From positions 112,229 to 176,228 of the forward strand of contig JBKBHI010000006.1 in NCBI GenBank assembly GCA_046297835.1: a stretch of 64,000 nt of DNA. Direction: 5' to 3'. Source of the DNA: Alphaproteobacteria bacterium (GTDB taxonomy: Bacteria; Pseudomonadota; Alphaproteobacteria; SMXQ01). The translations under genes were made by a program, and so were the position numbers. The notes under the pieces were generated by a model. It was given only the letters and a program-made list of their open reading frames with translations. It did not search any database and was not told the origin of the DNA. Below are positions 19,632 through 29,082 of the stretch, in pieces (within the stretch, counting starts at the first letter, position 1; every line of letters starts with the position of its first letter).

Positions 19632-20641
19632 GATTGAGCCTCCGGCAAGAGCCGCGCCAGCTTGGCGGCGAGCAGCAGATCGAGCGCCGTTTCGTCGTCC
19701 CAGGCGATGGCGACGTCGAGCGTCAGCGGCTTGCGTTCGGCGTCGCCGGGCCAGCGCGTCAGGTCCTTGGCGGTGGTGACGAGCTGCGCGCCATGTTCTG
19801 CGGCGAGCCGGCGGAGCGCGCCGACGTCGCGCGCATCGTAGGGATGATGGTCGGCGAAACTGCGTGTCGCGCGCAGATCGCAGCCGAGCGCGCGCAAGCT
19901 CTCGAAGAATTTTTCCGGCCGGCCGATGCCGGCGAACGCGACCAGCGGCTTGCCGGCGAGCGCTGCGGCCGAGGCGGGATCGGGAACCAGCGCCGCGCGC
20001 AGGATCGGCAGATCGGCGCGCGCCCGCGCCACCTCGGCCGCTACGCCCGCGCGGTCCTCGCCGACGAGGATCGCCGCGTCGCTGCGCGCCAAGGCGTCGG
20101 CGACGGGCTCGCGCAAGGGGCCGGCGGGAATGACGCGGCCGTTGCCGAACCCCGCGCCGCCGTCGATCACGACGAACGTCAGGTCTTTCTCCAGCGCCGG
20201 GTTCTGCAAGCCGTCGTCGAGGATGAGCAGCGCCGCGCCGGCCGCCACGGCCGCCGCCGCGCCGGCGACGCGGTCGCGCGCGACCCAGGTCGGCAGCGCG
20301 CGCGCCAGCAGCAACGGCTCGTCGCCGACCTTCCAGGCGTCATGCACCACGGGATCGACGCGCGCCGGGCCGCGCAATTCGCCGCCGTAGCCGCGCGAGA
20401 TCGCGTGCACGCGCCCGGTCAGCGCCGGGCGCGCCGCGAACTTGGCGGCGAGCGCGAGGACCACCGGCGTCTTGCCTGCGCCGCCGGCAGTGATGTTGCC
20501 GACGCAGATCACCGGCATGGCGGCGGCTTGCGGCGCGGCGAGGGCGCGGCGCAGGCGGCCGCCGAGCGCGGTGAGGCAGCCGAAGGGCGCGAGGGCGAGC
20601 GACAGCGCGCCGCCGCTCTGCCAGAAGTCAGGCGCGCGCAT
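19628..20641 (-). CDS. lpxK: Tetraacyldisaccharide 4'-kinase
   Basis: VGNITAGGAGKTP, SRGYGG, GDEPLLLA, LDDGLQN, PAGPLRE, FADHHPY. Confidence 0.95.
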   Translation of the reverse strand: MRAPDFWQSGGALSLALAPFGCLTALGGRLRRALAAPQAAAMPVICVGNITAGGAGKTPVVLALAAKFAARPALTGRVHAISRGYGGELRGPARVDPVVHDAWKVGDEPLLLARALPTWVARDRVAGAAAAVAAGAALLILDDGLQNPALEKDLTFVVIDGGAGFGNGRVIPAGPLREPVADALARSDAAILVGEDRAGVAAEVARARADLPILRAALVPDPASAAALAGKPLVAFAGIGRPEKFFESLRALGCDLRATRSFADHHPYDARDVGALRRLAAEHGAQLVTTAKDLTRWPGDAERKPLTLDVAIAWDDETALDLLLAAKLARLLPEAQS

Positions 20642-21944
20642 GGGCGGCCTCGCCAGCCGGGTCCGCGCCCGGCATGAAAGGCGCGATCTCGGCGACGACG
20701 CGGCGCAGCACCTCGTCCTCGGTGGCGGCGACGCGCTGCGCCGACATGATGAGCCGTTCGCGCAGCGCGCTGTCGCCGAGCAGGCGCGCGACGGCCTCGG
20801 CGAGCGAGGCGGCGTCGCTCACGCGCAGCCAGGCGCCGGCGGCATCCATGTCGGCGGAGATGGTGGCGAAATTCTCGGTGTGCGGGCCGACGACGATGGC
20901 GCAATCGAGCCGCGCCGGCTCCAGCATGTTCTGGCCGCCGCGCGGCGCGAGCGAGCCGCCGACGAAGGCGACGGGCGCGGCGCGATAGAGCAGGCCGAGT
21001 TCGCCCAGCGTGTCGGCGAGATAGATCGCGGTGTCGGGCGCGACCGTTTCGTTCAGGCTGCGGCGCGCGGTCTTGAGCCCCTGCGCCGCCAGCGCGGCGG
21101 CGATGGCGGGGCCGCGCGGCGGATGGCGCGGCGCGAGGATGGTCAACAGATCGGGCCGCGCGGCGGCGAGCCGCTGGTGCGCTTCGGCGACGAGCGTTTC
21201 CTCGCCGTCGTGCGTGCTGGCGGCGATCCAGGCCGGGCGGCCGGCGATCATGGCGCGCAAGCTCGCGAGCGCGTCCGGCGCGGCCGGCAATGGCTCGGCG
21301 GCGTTCTTCAGATTGCCGACGACGCGGACATCCGCCGCGCCGAGGGCGCGCAGGCGCTCGGCGTCGGCCTCGCTTTGCGCCAGGCACCGGGCGAAGCCGG
21401 CGAACAGCCCCCGCGCCACGCTCGGCCAGCGCCGCCAGCCGGCGAAGCTTTTGGGCGACATGCGGGCGTTGATCAGCACCATCGGCACGCCGCGCGCCAT
21501 CGTCTCGCCGATCAGGTTGGGCCAGATTTCCGATTCGAGCCACAGCGCCGCGTCGGGTCGCCAATGGTCGAGGAAGCGCCGCACCCAGGCCATGCGGTCG
21601 ACCGGCACATATTGGTGGATCGCGCGCGGCGGCAGGCGGCCCGCCAGCAATTGCGCCGAGCTGACCGTGCCGGTGGTGACGAGGATGCTGAGCGCCGGCC
21701 GTTCGGCGAGCAGCGTCTCGATCAGGCGCAGCGCCGAGAAGGCTTCGCCGATGCTGGCGGCGTGCAGCCAGACCAGCGGGCCGGCGGGGCGCGGCTGGCC
21801 GGGCTGGCCGAAACGTTCGGCGAAGCGCGCCGGGTCTTCCTTGCCGCGCGCCAACCGGCGCTTGAGATAGAGCGTCACCGCCGGGCCGGCGAGGCAGGTC
21901 GCGCCGCGATAGAGCCCGCGCGCCAGCGGATAGAGGCCGTTCAT
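20628..21944 (-). CDS. waaA: Kdo transferase
   Basis: WLHAASIGE, ESEIWPNL, AASTHDGEE, APRHP.R, DTLGELG, GGQNMLEPA; ATG at 21944. Confidence 0.95.
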   Translation of the reverse strand: MNGLYPLARGLYRGATCLAGPAVTLYLKRRLARGKEDPARFAERFGQPGQPRPAGPLVWLHAASIGEAFSALRLIETLLAERPALSILVTTGTVSSAQLLAGRLPPRAIHQYVPVDRMAWVRRFLDHWRPDAALWLESEIWPNLIGETMARGVPMVLINARMSPKSFAGWRRWPSVARGLFAGFARCLAQSEADAERLRALGAADVRVVGNLKNAAEPLPAAPDALASLRAMIAGRPAWIAASTHDGEETLVAEAHQRLAAARPDLLTILAPRHPPRGPAIAAALAAQGLKTARRSLNETVAPDTAIYLADTLGELGLLYRAAPVAFVGGSLAPRGGQNMLEPARLDCAIVVGPHTENFATISADMDAAGAWLRVSDAASLAEAVARLLGDSALRERLIMSAQRVAATEDEVLRRVVAEIAPFMPGADPAGEAAHARA

Positions 21945-22663
21945 GCCGGCATCTCCGCAGAGACGATGGGGGCGGGCACGATGGGCGCGACGCCGCACAG
22001 CCTATCGGCTTGGTCGGCGAGCGCGTTCATGCGCGCCTCCAATTCGGCGCGCAGCGTTTCGAGCTGGTCGTCGGCGATGTCGCGCGGAATATAGAGCGGC
22101 TCGCCCCAGACGAAGACGGCGCGCGCGAAGGGCAGCGCCAGGATGAAGCGGTCCCAACTGCCGAGCACCTTGCGCCGGCTGGCGGCGAACATGCACGGCA
22201 GGATCGGCGCGCCGGACAGGCGCGCGGCCTGGATCGCGCCGAGGCTGGCGCGCATGCGCGGCCCGCGCGGCCCGTCCGGCGAGATGGCGACCGAGACGCG
22301 CTCGCGCGTCAGGCTTTTCACGATGGCCATCAACGCCGCCGCGCCGCCGCGCGAACTCGAACCGGCGATATTGTCGATGCCGAATCGCGCGAGCGTGCCG
22401 GAGATCAGCCGGCCGTCGCTATGGCGCGAGATCAGCACGCGCATCGGCCGCGGGCGCGGCCAGCTATAGGGCATCATCAGCAAGCGGCCGTGCCAGAAGG
22501 CGAGGATGAAGGGCGCATCGGCGTCCCACAGACGCTGCGGATGTTCGCCGCCGACCACGCTGAGGCGGCTTGTGGCGCGCACCAAGCGGATATAGCCGGC
22601 GATCAGCGCGCAGGCGGCGCGCTGCGCCAGCGGCTTGCGCAGAATATCCTTCAGGCGCGCCAC
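21941..22663 (-). CDS. DUF374 family acyltransferase (LpxJ-like)
   Basis: AFWHGRL, SRHSDG, GSSSRGG, SPDGPRGP, SWDRF..PF. Confidence 0.85.
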   Translation of the reverse strand: MARLKDILRKPLAQRAACALIAGYIRLVRATSRLSVVGGEHPQRLWDADAPFILAFWHGRLLMMPYSWPRPRPMRVLISRHSDGRLISGTLARFGIDNIAGSSSRGGAAALMAIVKSLTRERVSVAISPDGPRGPRMRASLGAIQAARLSGAPILPCMFAASRRKVLGSWDRFILALPFARAVFVWGEPLYIPRDIADDQLETLRAELEARMNALADQADRLCGVAPIVPAPIVSAEMPA

Positions 22664-22780
22664 GGACCCTCCGGAGCGGCGAAGTTCATCAGCTTTGGCA
22701 AGGAGTTAAGCGCGGTCATGGCGGGCCGGACCATATCATATCCGGTCCGCCAGGGGCTATTGCCGCGCTTGGGCGCTCTC

Positions 22781-24127
22781 CTAACGCCCGGCGACCGTCA
22801 TGCCTTCGATCCGCAGGGTCGGCGCATCGGTGCCGTAGCGGAAGGTCAGGTCGTCGGCCGCCGTCAGATGCAGGAACATTTCGCGCAAATTTCCCGCCAC
22901 CGTCACCTCGCTGACCGGATAGGCGATTTCGCCGTTCTCGATCCAGAAGCCGCTGGCGCCGCGCGAATAATCGCCGGTGATCAGGTTGGTGCCCATGCCC
23001 ATCAACTGGGTGACGTAGAAGCCCTGCTTGATGTCGGCGATCAGTTCTTTGGGCGGCAGCTTGCCGGCGGCGAGATAGAGGTTGGTCGGCGCCGGCGAGG
23101 GCGGCGAGCCGGTGCCGCGCGCGGCGTGGCCGGTGCTGCTCAGGCCAAGCTGGCGCGCGGTCGCGAGATCGAGGAACCAGGTCGTCAGCACGCCGTCGGC
23201 GATCACCTCGCGGCGCTGCGTCGCCAGCCCTTCGCCGTCGAACGGCTTGGAGCGGAAGCCGCGCTGGCGCAGCGGATCGTCGACGATAGTGATGCCGGCC
23301 GCGAACACGCGCTGGCCCATGCTGCCTTTGAGGAAGCTGGTGCCGCGCGCGATCGACGCGCCGTTGATCGCGCCGGCCAGGCTGCCGACGAGGCCGTTCG
23401 AGACGCGCGGATCGTAGATTACCGGCACTTGCGCGGTGGCGGCCTTGCGCGGGTTGAGCTTTTTGACCGCCTTCTCGCCGGCGCTGCGGCCGAGCGCGGC
23501 CGGATCCTTCAGGTCGCTGGCCGAGATGCCGGTGGCGAAATCGTAATCGGTCTCCATCGCCGTGCCTTCGCCGGCCAGCACCGAGACCGAAAGCGAATGG
23601 CGCGACACGCCGTAGCTGCCGGAAAAGCCGTTGGATGCCGCGAGATGGACGCGCGACAGCGACCAGCCGGCCTCCGCGCCTTCCGAATTGGTCACGCCCT
23701 TGACCGCGCGCGCCGCGTCCTCCGCCTCGGCCGTCATGCGCTCCATGTCGGCCGGCGACGGCTCGCGCGTGTCGCAAGTGTCGAGATCGGGATGGCTCTT
23801 GGAGATCTGGCCCGGCTCGGCGATGCCGCAGAACTTGTCCTCGGGCACCGCTTTTGCCATAGCGACGGCGCGCGTCACCAATTCGTCCAGCGCGGCCGGC
23901 GCGAAATCGGTCGAGGAGACGATGGCCTGGCGCTTGCCGATAAGCACGCGCAGGCCGAGGTCGCGACCCTCGGCGCGTTCCACGCCTTCGGACTTGCCGA
24001 GTCGCCGCGCCAGCGACAGCGATACGCCCTCGGCGACGAGCGCGTCGGCGGCGTCCGCCCCGGCGGCCTTGGCCTTTTTCAAGAGGTCGGCCAGCAGGCT
24101 GTCGGCGTCGAGCGGCGCGGTGGTCAT
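22781..24127 (-). CDS. pmbA: PmbA/TldE metalloprotease subunit
   Basis: FDGEG, TGHAARG, TGDYSRGASGFWIENGEI.YPVSEVTVAGNL. Confidence 0.92.
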   Translation of the reverse strand: MTTAPLDADSLLADLLKKAKAAGADAADALVAEGVSLSLARRLGKSEGVERAEGRDLGLRVLIGKRQAIVSSTDFAPAALDELVTRAVAMAKAVPEDKFCGIAEPGQISKSHPDLDTCDTREPSPADMERMTAEAEDAARAVKGVTNSEGAEAGWSLSRVHLAASNGFSGSYGVSRHSLSVSVLAGEGTAMETDYDFATGISASDLKDPAALGRSAGEKAVKKLNPRKAATAQVPVIYDPRVSNGLVGSLAGAINGASIARGTSFLKGSMGQRVFAAGITIVDDPLRQRGFRSKPFDGEGLATQRREVIADGVLTTWFLDLATARQLGLSSTGHAARGTGSPPSPAPTNLYLAAGKLPPKELIADIKQGFYVTQLMGMGTNLITGDYSRGASGFWIENGEIAYPVSEVTVAGNLREMFLHLTAADDLTFRYGTDAPTLRIEGMTVAGR

Positions 24128-24205
24128 GTCGGGCTCCGATTCGGGAAAGAGGCGAGGGGGTAGTCTAGGCCGGAACGGCCTGTAGGGGCAAAGCGGCGGC
24201 TCGGC

Positions 24206-25456
24206 TCAGAAGGGGAGCGCGCCGGTCCACCATAGCCATATGGCGGCGAGGCCCATGCTGATCAAGGCGACGGGAACGCCGCTTTTGGCGTGATCCATGA
24301 AACCGAGCCGGATTCCGACGCTGGCGGCGCGCTCGGCGACGATGATGTTGGCGAGGCTGCCGACGATCAGCAGGTTGCCGGCCAGCGTCGAGAGCAGCGC
24401 CAGGCCGTAGAGCGCGCCGTCCGGCGGCGACTGCCAGACTTGCAGCAGCAGGATCACCGCCGGCACGTTGCCGATGGTGTTGGAGAGGACCAAGGCCAGC
24501 GGCGCGAGCGTGGCGATGCGGTCGGGCAGCCAGCCGGCGCGCGCGAGATCGGCGAACAGATCCGCCGCCAAGGGCGTCGCGGCGAGCGCGCCGGTGACGA
24601 CGAACAATCCGGCGAACAGTAGCAGCAGGCTGAAATCGACCGCGCCGACCAGATCGCGGCTCGCCAGCTTGCGGCTGAGCAGCAAGAGCGCGGCGATGGC
24701 GAGCGCGGAAAGCTCGCGCGGCAAATCGGTGAAGAACAGCGCCAGCAGCGCGGCGGTGGCGACGAGCGCCTTGATGAACTGCGTCTTGTCGCGCGCGAGC
24801 GGCACGGCGGCGAGATCGTCGGCACTCGCCGCCACGCCAGCGGTCAATCGCCCGCGCCATTGCCAGGCGATGACGGCGTAGCTGACCATCATGGCGACGA
24901 GCGCCGGCACGGCGGAGTAGCCGAGGAAGGCGACGAAATCGAGCTTGCCGACCTGGCCGATCAGGATGTTTTGCGGGTTGCCGATCATCGTCGCCGCCGA
25001 GCCGGCATTGGCGGCGCAAGCCAGCGCGATGAGATAGGGCGTGGGGTTCAGGCCGCGCTTTTGCAGGCCGATGCAAAGCAGCGGCGTCATGGCGAACACG
25101 ACGATGTCGTTGGCGAGCAGCGCCGACAAGCCGCCGGCGACCATGATGACAGCGGCGAGCAGCTTTTTCGGCCCGTGAGGGCTGTCGGCGCCCATGCGCG
25201 CCACGCGGGCGGCGACGCCATCATAGAATCCCGAGGCGGCGAATTGCGCCGAGACGATCATCAGGCCGAACAGCAGCAGCAGGGTCGGCAGATCGACCGA
25301 TTGCGCCGCGCCCTCCAGCGTCAGCGCGCCGGCGGCGATCAGGACGATGGCGCCGATCAGCGCGATGCCGGTGCGGTCGATGGCGAGGCCGGGCCAGCGC
25401 CCGAGCGCCATGCCGATGTAGGTGGCGATGAAAACGGCGAGGATCAGGTCGATCAT
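24206..25456 (-). CDS. ArsB/NhaD (YbiR-like) anion permease
   Basis: DRTGIALIGA, SALLANDI, ANAGSAAT.IGNPQNILI, SNTIGNVPA, STLAGNL..GSLANIIV; many TM helices. Confidence 0.88.
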   Translation of the reverse strand: MIDLILAVFIATYIGMALGRWPGLAIDRTGIALIGAIVLIAAGALTLEGAAQSVDLPTLLLLFGLMIVSAQFAASGFYDGVAARVARMGADSPHGPKKLLAAVIMVAGGLSALLANDIVVFAMTPLLCIGLQKRGLNPTPYLIALACAANAGSAATMIGNPQNILIGQVGKLDFVAFLGYSAVPALVAMMVSYAVIAWQWRGRLTAGVAASADDLAAVPLARDKTQFIKALVATAALLALFFTDLPRELSALAIAALLLLSRKLASRDLVGAVDFSLLLLFAGLFVVTGALAATPLAADLFADLARAGWLPDRIATLAPLALVLSNTIGNVPAVILLLQVWQSPPDGALYGLALLSTLAGNLLIVGSLANIIVAERAASVGIRLGFMDHAKSGVPVALISMGLAAIWLWWTGALPF

Positions 25457-25463
25457 CGCCGCA

Positions 25464-26978
25464 TCACTTCTTCCAGATCGGGCGGCCCGATCCGGGCAGA
25501 CCGAGCCCCGGCCATTTTTTCGTGACGGCGTCGATGATGTCGTCCGTCATGCGGATCGGCTTGCCCCATTCGCGGGCCGTCTCGCTGCCGATCTTGTTGG
25601 TGGCGTCGAGGCCGATCTTGCCGCCGAGCTCCGGCTCGGGCGAGGCGAAGTCGAGATAGTCGATCGGCGTGTTGTCGATGATGGTGACGTCGCGCGACGG
25701 ATCGAAGCGCGTCGCCAGCGCCCACATGACATCCTTCCAGTCGCGCGCGTCGATGTCCTCGTCCACCACGATCACCATCTTGGTGTAGAGGAATTGGCGC
25801 AAGTAAGACCACACCGCCATCATCGCGCGCTTGGCGTGCCCCGGATATTGCTTGCGGATGCTGACCACGGCGACGCGGTAGGAGCAGGCCTCCGGCGGCA
25901 GGTAGAAATCCACCACCTCGGGGAAGTGGCGCGCGAACATCGGCAGGAAAACGTCGTTGAGCGCCAGTCCGAGCACCGAAGGCTCGTCCGGCGGCCGGCC
26001 GGTGAAGGTGCTGAGATAAATCGGATCGCGCCGCATGGTGATCGCGCTCGCCGTGAACACCGGGAAGCGCTCGACCGAATTGTAATAGCCGGTGTGATCG
26101 CCATAGGGCCCTTCCGCGCCGGTCTCGGTCAGCGACACATGGCCCTCGATGACGATCTCGGCCGAGGCCGGCACTTGCAGCGGCACCGTCTTGCAATCGA
26201 CGAGCTTGACGCGCTTGCCGCGCAGCAAGCCGGCGAATTCGTATTCGGACAGGCCCTCGGGCACCGGCGTCACGGCGGCGAGCAGCACGGCGGGATCGGC
26301 GCCCAGCGTGATCGCCACCGGCATCGGCTCGCTCTTTAGCGCCTTCCAGGCGGCGTAATGCAGCGCGCCGCCGCGCGTGTGCAGCCAGCGCATCAGCGCG
26401 GTGGTCTTGCCCGTCACCTGCATGCGGTAGATGCCGACGTTCGTGCCGCCGCGCTCATTGCCGATGTCGGGCCCGCGTGTCGTCACCAGCGGGAAGCTGA
26501 TCAGCGGCGCGGGCTCGCCCGGCCAGCAGGTCTGGATCGGCAGCTTGCCGAGATCGATCTCGCCGCCCCGCAGCACGATCTCCTGGCACGGCGCGGACGA
26601 CACCGTCTTGGGCTTGCGCGCCAGCGCAGTTTTCAGCATCGGCAGCAGCGCGAAGGCTTCGCGCAGGTTTTCCGGCGGCTCGGGATGGTCGAGCCAGGCG
26701 AGCATTTCGCCGAGCTTGCGCAACTCCTCGGGCTCGCGGCCCATGCCCCAGGCGACGCGCTCGACCGTGCCGAACAAGTTGGCCGCCACCGGCATCGCGT
26801 AGCGCCCGCCCGCCGCGTCGGTGACATGCTCGAACAGCGCTGCCGGCCCTTGCTCGGCGAGCAGGCGGGTCTGGATTTCGGTGATCTCGAGCGCGGCGGC
26901 GACCGGCGCGGTCACGCGGACCAAGCGTTCGCGCCGTTCCAGATGGTCGAGAAAGTCGCGCAGGGAGTCGAAGGGCAT
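25464..26978 (-). CDS. ubiD: UbiD-family prFMN-dependent decarboxylase
   Basis: NVGIYRMQ, EGPYGDHTGYY, GRPPDEP, NTPIDYLDFASP...LGGKIGLDAT. Confidence 0.88.
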   Translation of the reverse strand: MPFDSLRDFLDHLERRERLVRVTAPVAAALEITEIQTRLLAEQGPAALFEHVTDAAGGRYAMPVAANLFGTVERVAWGMGREPEELRKLGEMLAWLDHPEPPENLREAFALLPMLKTALARKPKTVSSAPCQEIVLRGGEIDLGKLPIQTCWPGEPAPLISFPLVTTRGPDIGNERGGTNVGIYRMQVTGKTTALMRWLHTRGGALHYAAWKALKSEPMPVAITLGADPAVLLAAVTPVPEGLSEYEFAGLLRGKRVKLVDCKTVPLQVPASAEIVIEGHVSLTETGAEGPYGDHTGYYNSVERFPVFTASAITMRRDPIYLSTFTGRPPDEPSVLGLALNDVFLPMFARHFPEVVDFYLPPEACSYRVAVVSIRKQYPGHAKRAMMAVWSYLRQFLYTKMVIVVDEDIDARDWKDVMWALATRFDPSRDVTIIDNTPIDYLDFASPEPELGGKIGLDATNKIGSETAREWGKPIRMTDDIIDAVTKKWPGLGLPGSGRPIWKK

Positions 26979-27141
26979 GGCTCAGCAATGCCACGGCGCG
27001 GGTGCGACGTCCAGCCCCGCCGCTCGCCGTTTGGGCGAAGAATGCTTGTTTCGCAAGCACTTGGCCGGCTTTTGCCGGTCCCCGGCGGTCTTCACGTTTC
27101 GGTAATGCGGGTCTGGCATGATTTATCGGCGCTGGTCCGCT

Positions 27142-27157
27142 TGGCCCGGCATTTGCT
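27142..27157 (+). promoter_or_regulatory. Candidate sigma54 (-24/-12) promoter TGGCCCG-GCAT-TTGCT
   Basis: GG at 27143-44 and GC at 27155-56 with canonical spacing, about 65 nt upstream of the DUF4170 start codon. Confidence 0.55.
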
Positions 27158-27220
27158 TTAACTTGCAACCGCGCCAAACAGACTTACATGCAGATCATGT
27201 CAGCCACCCGGAGAGAGACG

Positions 27221-27439
27221 ATGCCGCGTTATTGGGTCATCGGCGGTGAATATAAAACCACCGATTTCCGCGACATGGCCAACGGCAACGGCCCGCAGCG
27301 CTTCGGCCCGTTCGAGACCTACGAACAGGCCAAGAGCGCCTGGCAGGCCCAATCCTGGGCCAATGTCGACAGCTGCCACCATCGCTTCACGATCGTGAAG
27401 GACGAGGCCCCGCAGAGCGGCGACAAGTCGGCCGCTTAA
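27221..27439 (+). CDS. Small DUF4170-like protein
   Basis: YWVIGGEY...F, FGPF..YEQAK.AW...W..VD..H.RF.I pattern; RBS GGAGAG upstream of ATG 27221. Confidence 0.75.
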   Translation: MPRYWVIGGEYKTTDFRDMANGNGPQRFGPFETYEQAKSAWQAQSWANVDSCHHRFTIVKDEAPQSGDKSAA

Positions 27440-27502
27440 GCCGCGCTTGCCGCGCCGATCAGCGCGCTGAATAATCCTCTGACCTGTTGGGTTCCGAGGA
27501 CG

Positions 27503-28108
27503 ATGCGCCTGCGCTTTTTCCATGTGATCGCCGTTTTGTGCCTGGGCGCGCTCGCGCTCGGTGCCTGCACGCCCGAATCCAAGAACGGCCTGCCCGAGGA
27601 TTTCCGCGTCGCGCCCGAGTTGCGCTTCGTCGGCATCTGGCGCGGCGGGAACGAAGACGGCGGCCTGCCGGGCGCGACGCTGGCCGTCGCCGTGCGCGTC
27701 GATCCGGCCGAGCCGCTCGACCTGCTCGCCGCCATCGACGAGACCTGGCGCACCACGCGCGGCGCGCACCAGCGCGCGCTGCAAGCCCGCCTGCGCTTCT
27801 ACGACATCGCCGGCCGCCGCGTCGTCGCCGTGCTGCGCGAAGACGGCGCGCCGGACGAGCGCACTTGGCGCTTCGCCGCCTACCGTTTCGGCGGCGACGA
27901 CAGCCTGGTGCTGCATTTCATGGACGAGTCGCGGCTTTACACGCAGATCAACAACGGCGCGCTGCACGGCAAGATCCGGGGCGGCGAGAAGGAATTTCCC
28001 GACCTGTTGATCACCGCCGCGCCCGAGCGCATCGCGGCGCTGATCCGCACCAGCGATCCGTTCCTGCTGTTCACGGCGCGGCTCGGGCCGCTCGCGCGAG
28101 CCAAGTGA
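27503..28108 (+). CDS. Hypothetical lipoprotein
   Basis: Lipobox LALGA-C after a hydrophobic signal; fills the gap between neighbouring genes. Confidence 0.7.
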   Translation: MRLRFFHVIAVLCLGALALGACTPESKNGLPEDFRVAPELRFVGIWRGGNEDGGLPGATLAVAVRVDPAEPLDLLAAIDETWRTTRGAHQRALQARLRFYDIAGRRVVAVLREDGAPDERTWRFAAYRFGGDDSLVLHFMDESRLYTQINNGALHGKIRGGEKEFPDLLITAAPERIAALIRTSDPFLLFTARLGPLARAK

Positions 28109-28117
28109 GCTAGCGCG

Positions 28118-29050
28118 CTAGAGCGCCTGTCCCGCGATCAGCGCCGCCAGCAACAGCCAGCCGAACCAGCGGTTGCTGCGGAATTTCGCCAGGCAATCGG
28201 CGGCGTCGTCGATATCGACCTTCGCCGCCTGCCATAGCAATTGCGCGCCGGCCACGGCCAGCAGCGCGTAGAACGGCCAGGCGAGCCCTTCGCGCGCGCC
28301 GGCCAGCGCGGCGAGCAGGATCGTCGCGGCGTAAAAGCCGAACAGCCAAGGCCGCGTCGCCGCGCCGAATTTCAGCGCGGTGGATTTGACGCCGATCAGC
28401 GCGTCGTCGTCCTTGTCCTGATGGGCGTAGATCGTGTCGTAGCCGAGCGTCCAGCAGATGCCGGCGGTGTAGAGCAGGACGGCGCTCCAGGCCAGCGTGC
28501 CGGTCGCCGCCGCGTAGCCCATCAGCGCGCCCCAGTTGAAGGCGAGGCCGAGCACCGCCTGCGGCCAATAGGTGACGCGCTTCATCAAGGGATAAGTGAA
28601 GACCAGCGCGAGCGAGGCGACGCCGAGCGCCCAGGCGAAGGGATGCAGCGCCAGCAGCACGGCGAGGCCGACGAGCAGTTCGCCAGCGAGAAAGATCCAC
28701 GCCGCGCGCACGCTCACCGCGCCCGATGGAATCGGCCGCTGCGCCGTGCGCGCGACCTTGGCATCGAAGTCGCGGTCGAGAATGTCGTTGATGGTGCAGC
28801 CGGCGCCGCGCATCACCACCGCGCCGACGGCGAAGATGACGCCGAGCCACAGCAGGCCGTCGGCGCCGTGATCGCCGGTCCCGGCCAACGCCAAGCCCCA
28901 CCAGCAGGGAAATAGCAGCAGCCAGGTGCCGATCGGCCGGTCGAGCCGCGCCAGCCGCGCATAGGGTCGCCAGGCGCGCGGCAGCCAGCGTAGCAGGCCG
29001 GGCGCGGTGCTGTCCGGCGTCAGGGGCTGGCTGTCGGGCGAAAGGCTCAT
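28118..29050 (-). CDS. ubiA: 4-hydroxybenzoate polyprenyltransferase
   Basis: RLDRPIGTWLLLFP, MRGAGCTINDILDRDFD..V.RT..RPIPSG, YDTIYAHQDKDDD. Confidence 0.95.
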   Translation of the reverse strand: MSLSPDSQPLTPDSTAPGLLRWLPRAWRPYARLARLDRPIGTWLLLFPCWWGLALAGTGDHGADGLLWLGVIFAVGAVVMRGAGCTINDILDRDFDAKVARTAQRPIPSGAVSVRAAWIFLAGELLVGLAVLLALHPFAWALGVASLALVFTYPLMKRVTYWPQAVLGLAFNWGALMGYAAATGTLAWSAVLLYTAGICWTLGYDTIYAHQDKDDDALIGVKSTALKFGAATRPWLFGFYAATILLAALAGAREGLAWPFYALLAVAGAQLLWQAAKVDIDDAADCLAKFRSNRWFGWLLLAALIAGQAL

Positions 29051-29082
29051 GCTATAGTGCCGGTCGGAGTCATTGCCGCACC

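Noticed and set aside
27061-27076. Second sigma54-like motif TTGGCCGGCTTTTGCC
   Set aside because: GG-to-GC spacing is one base short of the strict -24/-12 requirement.
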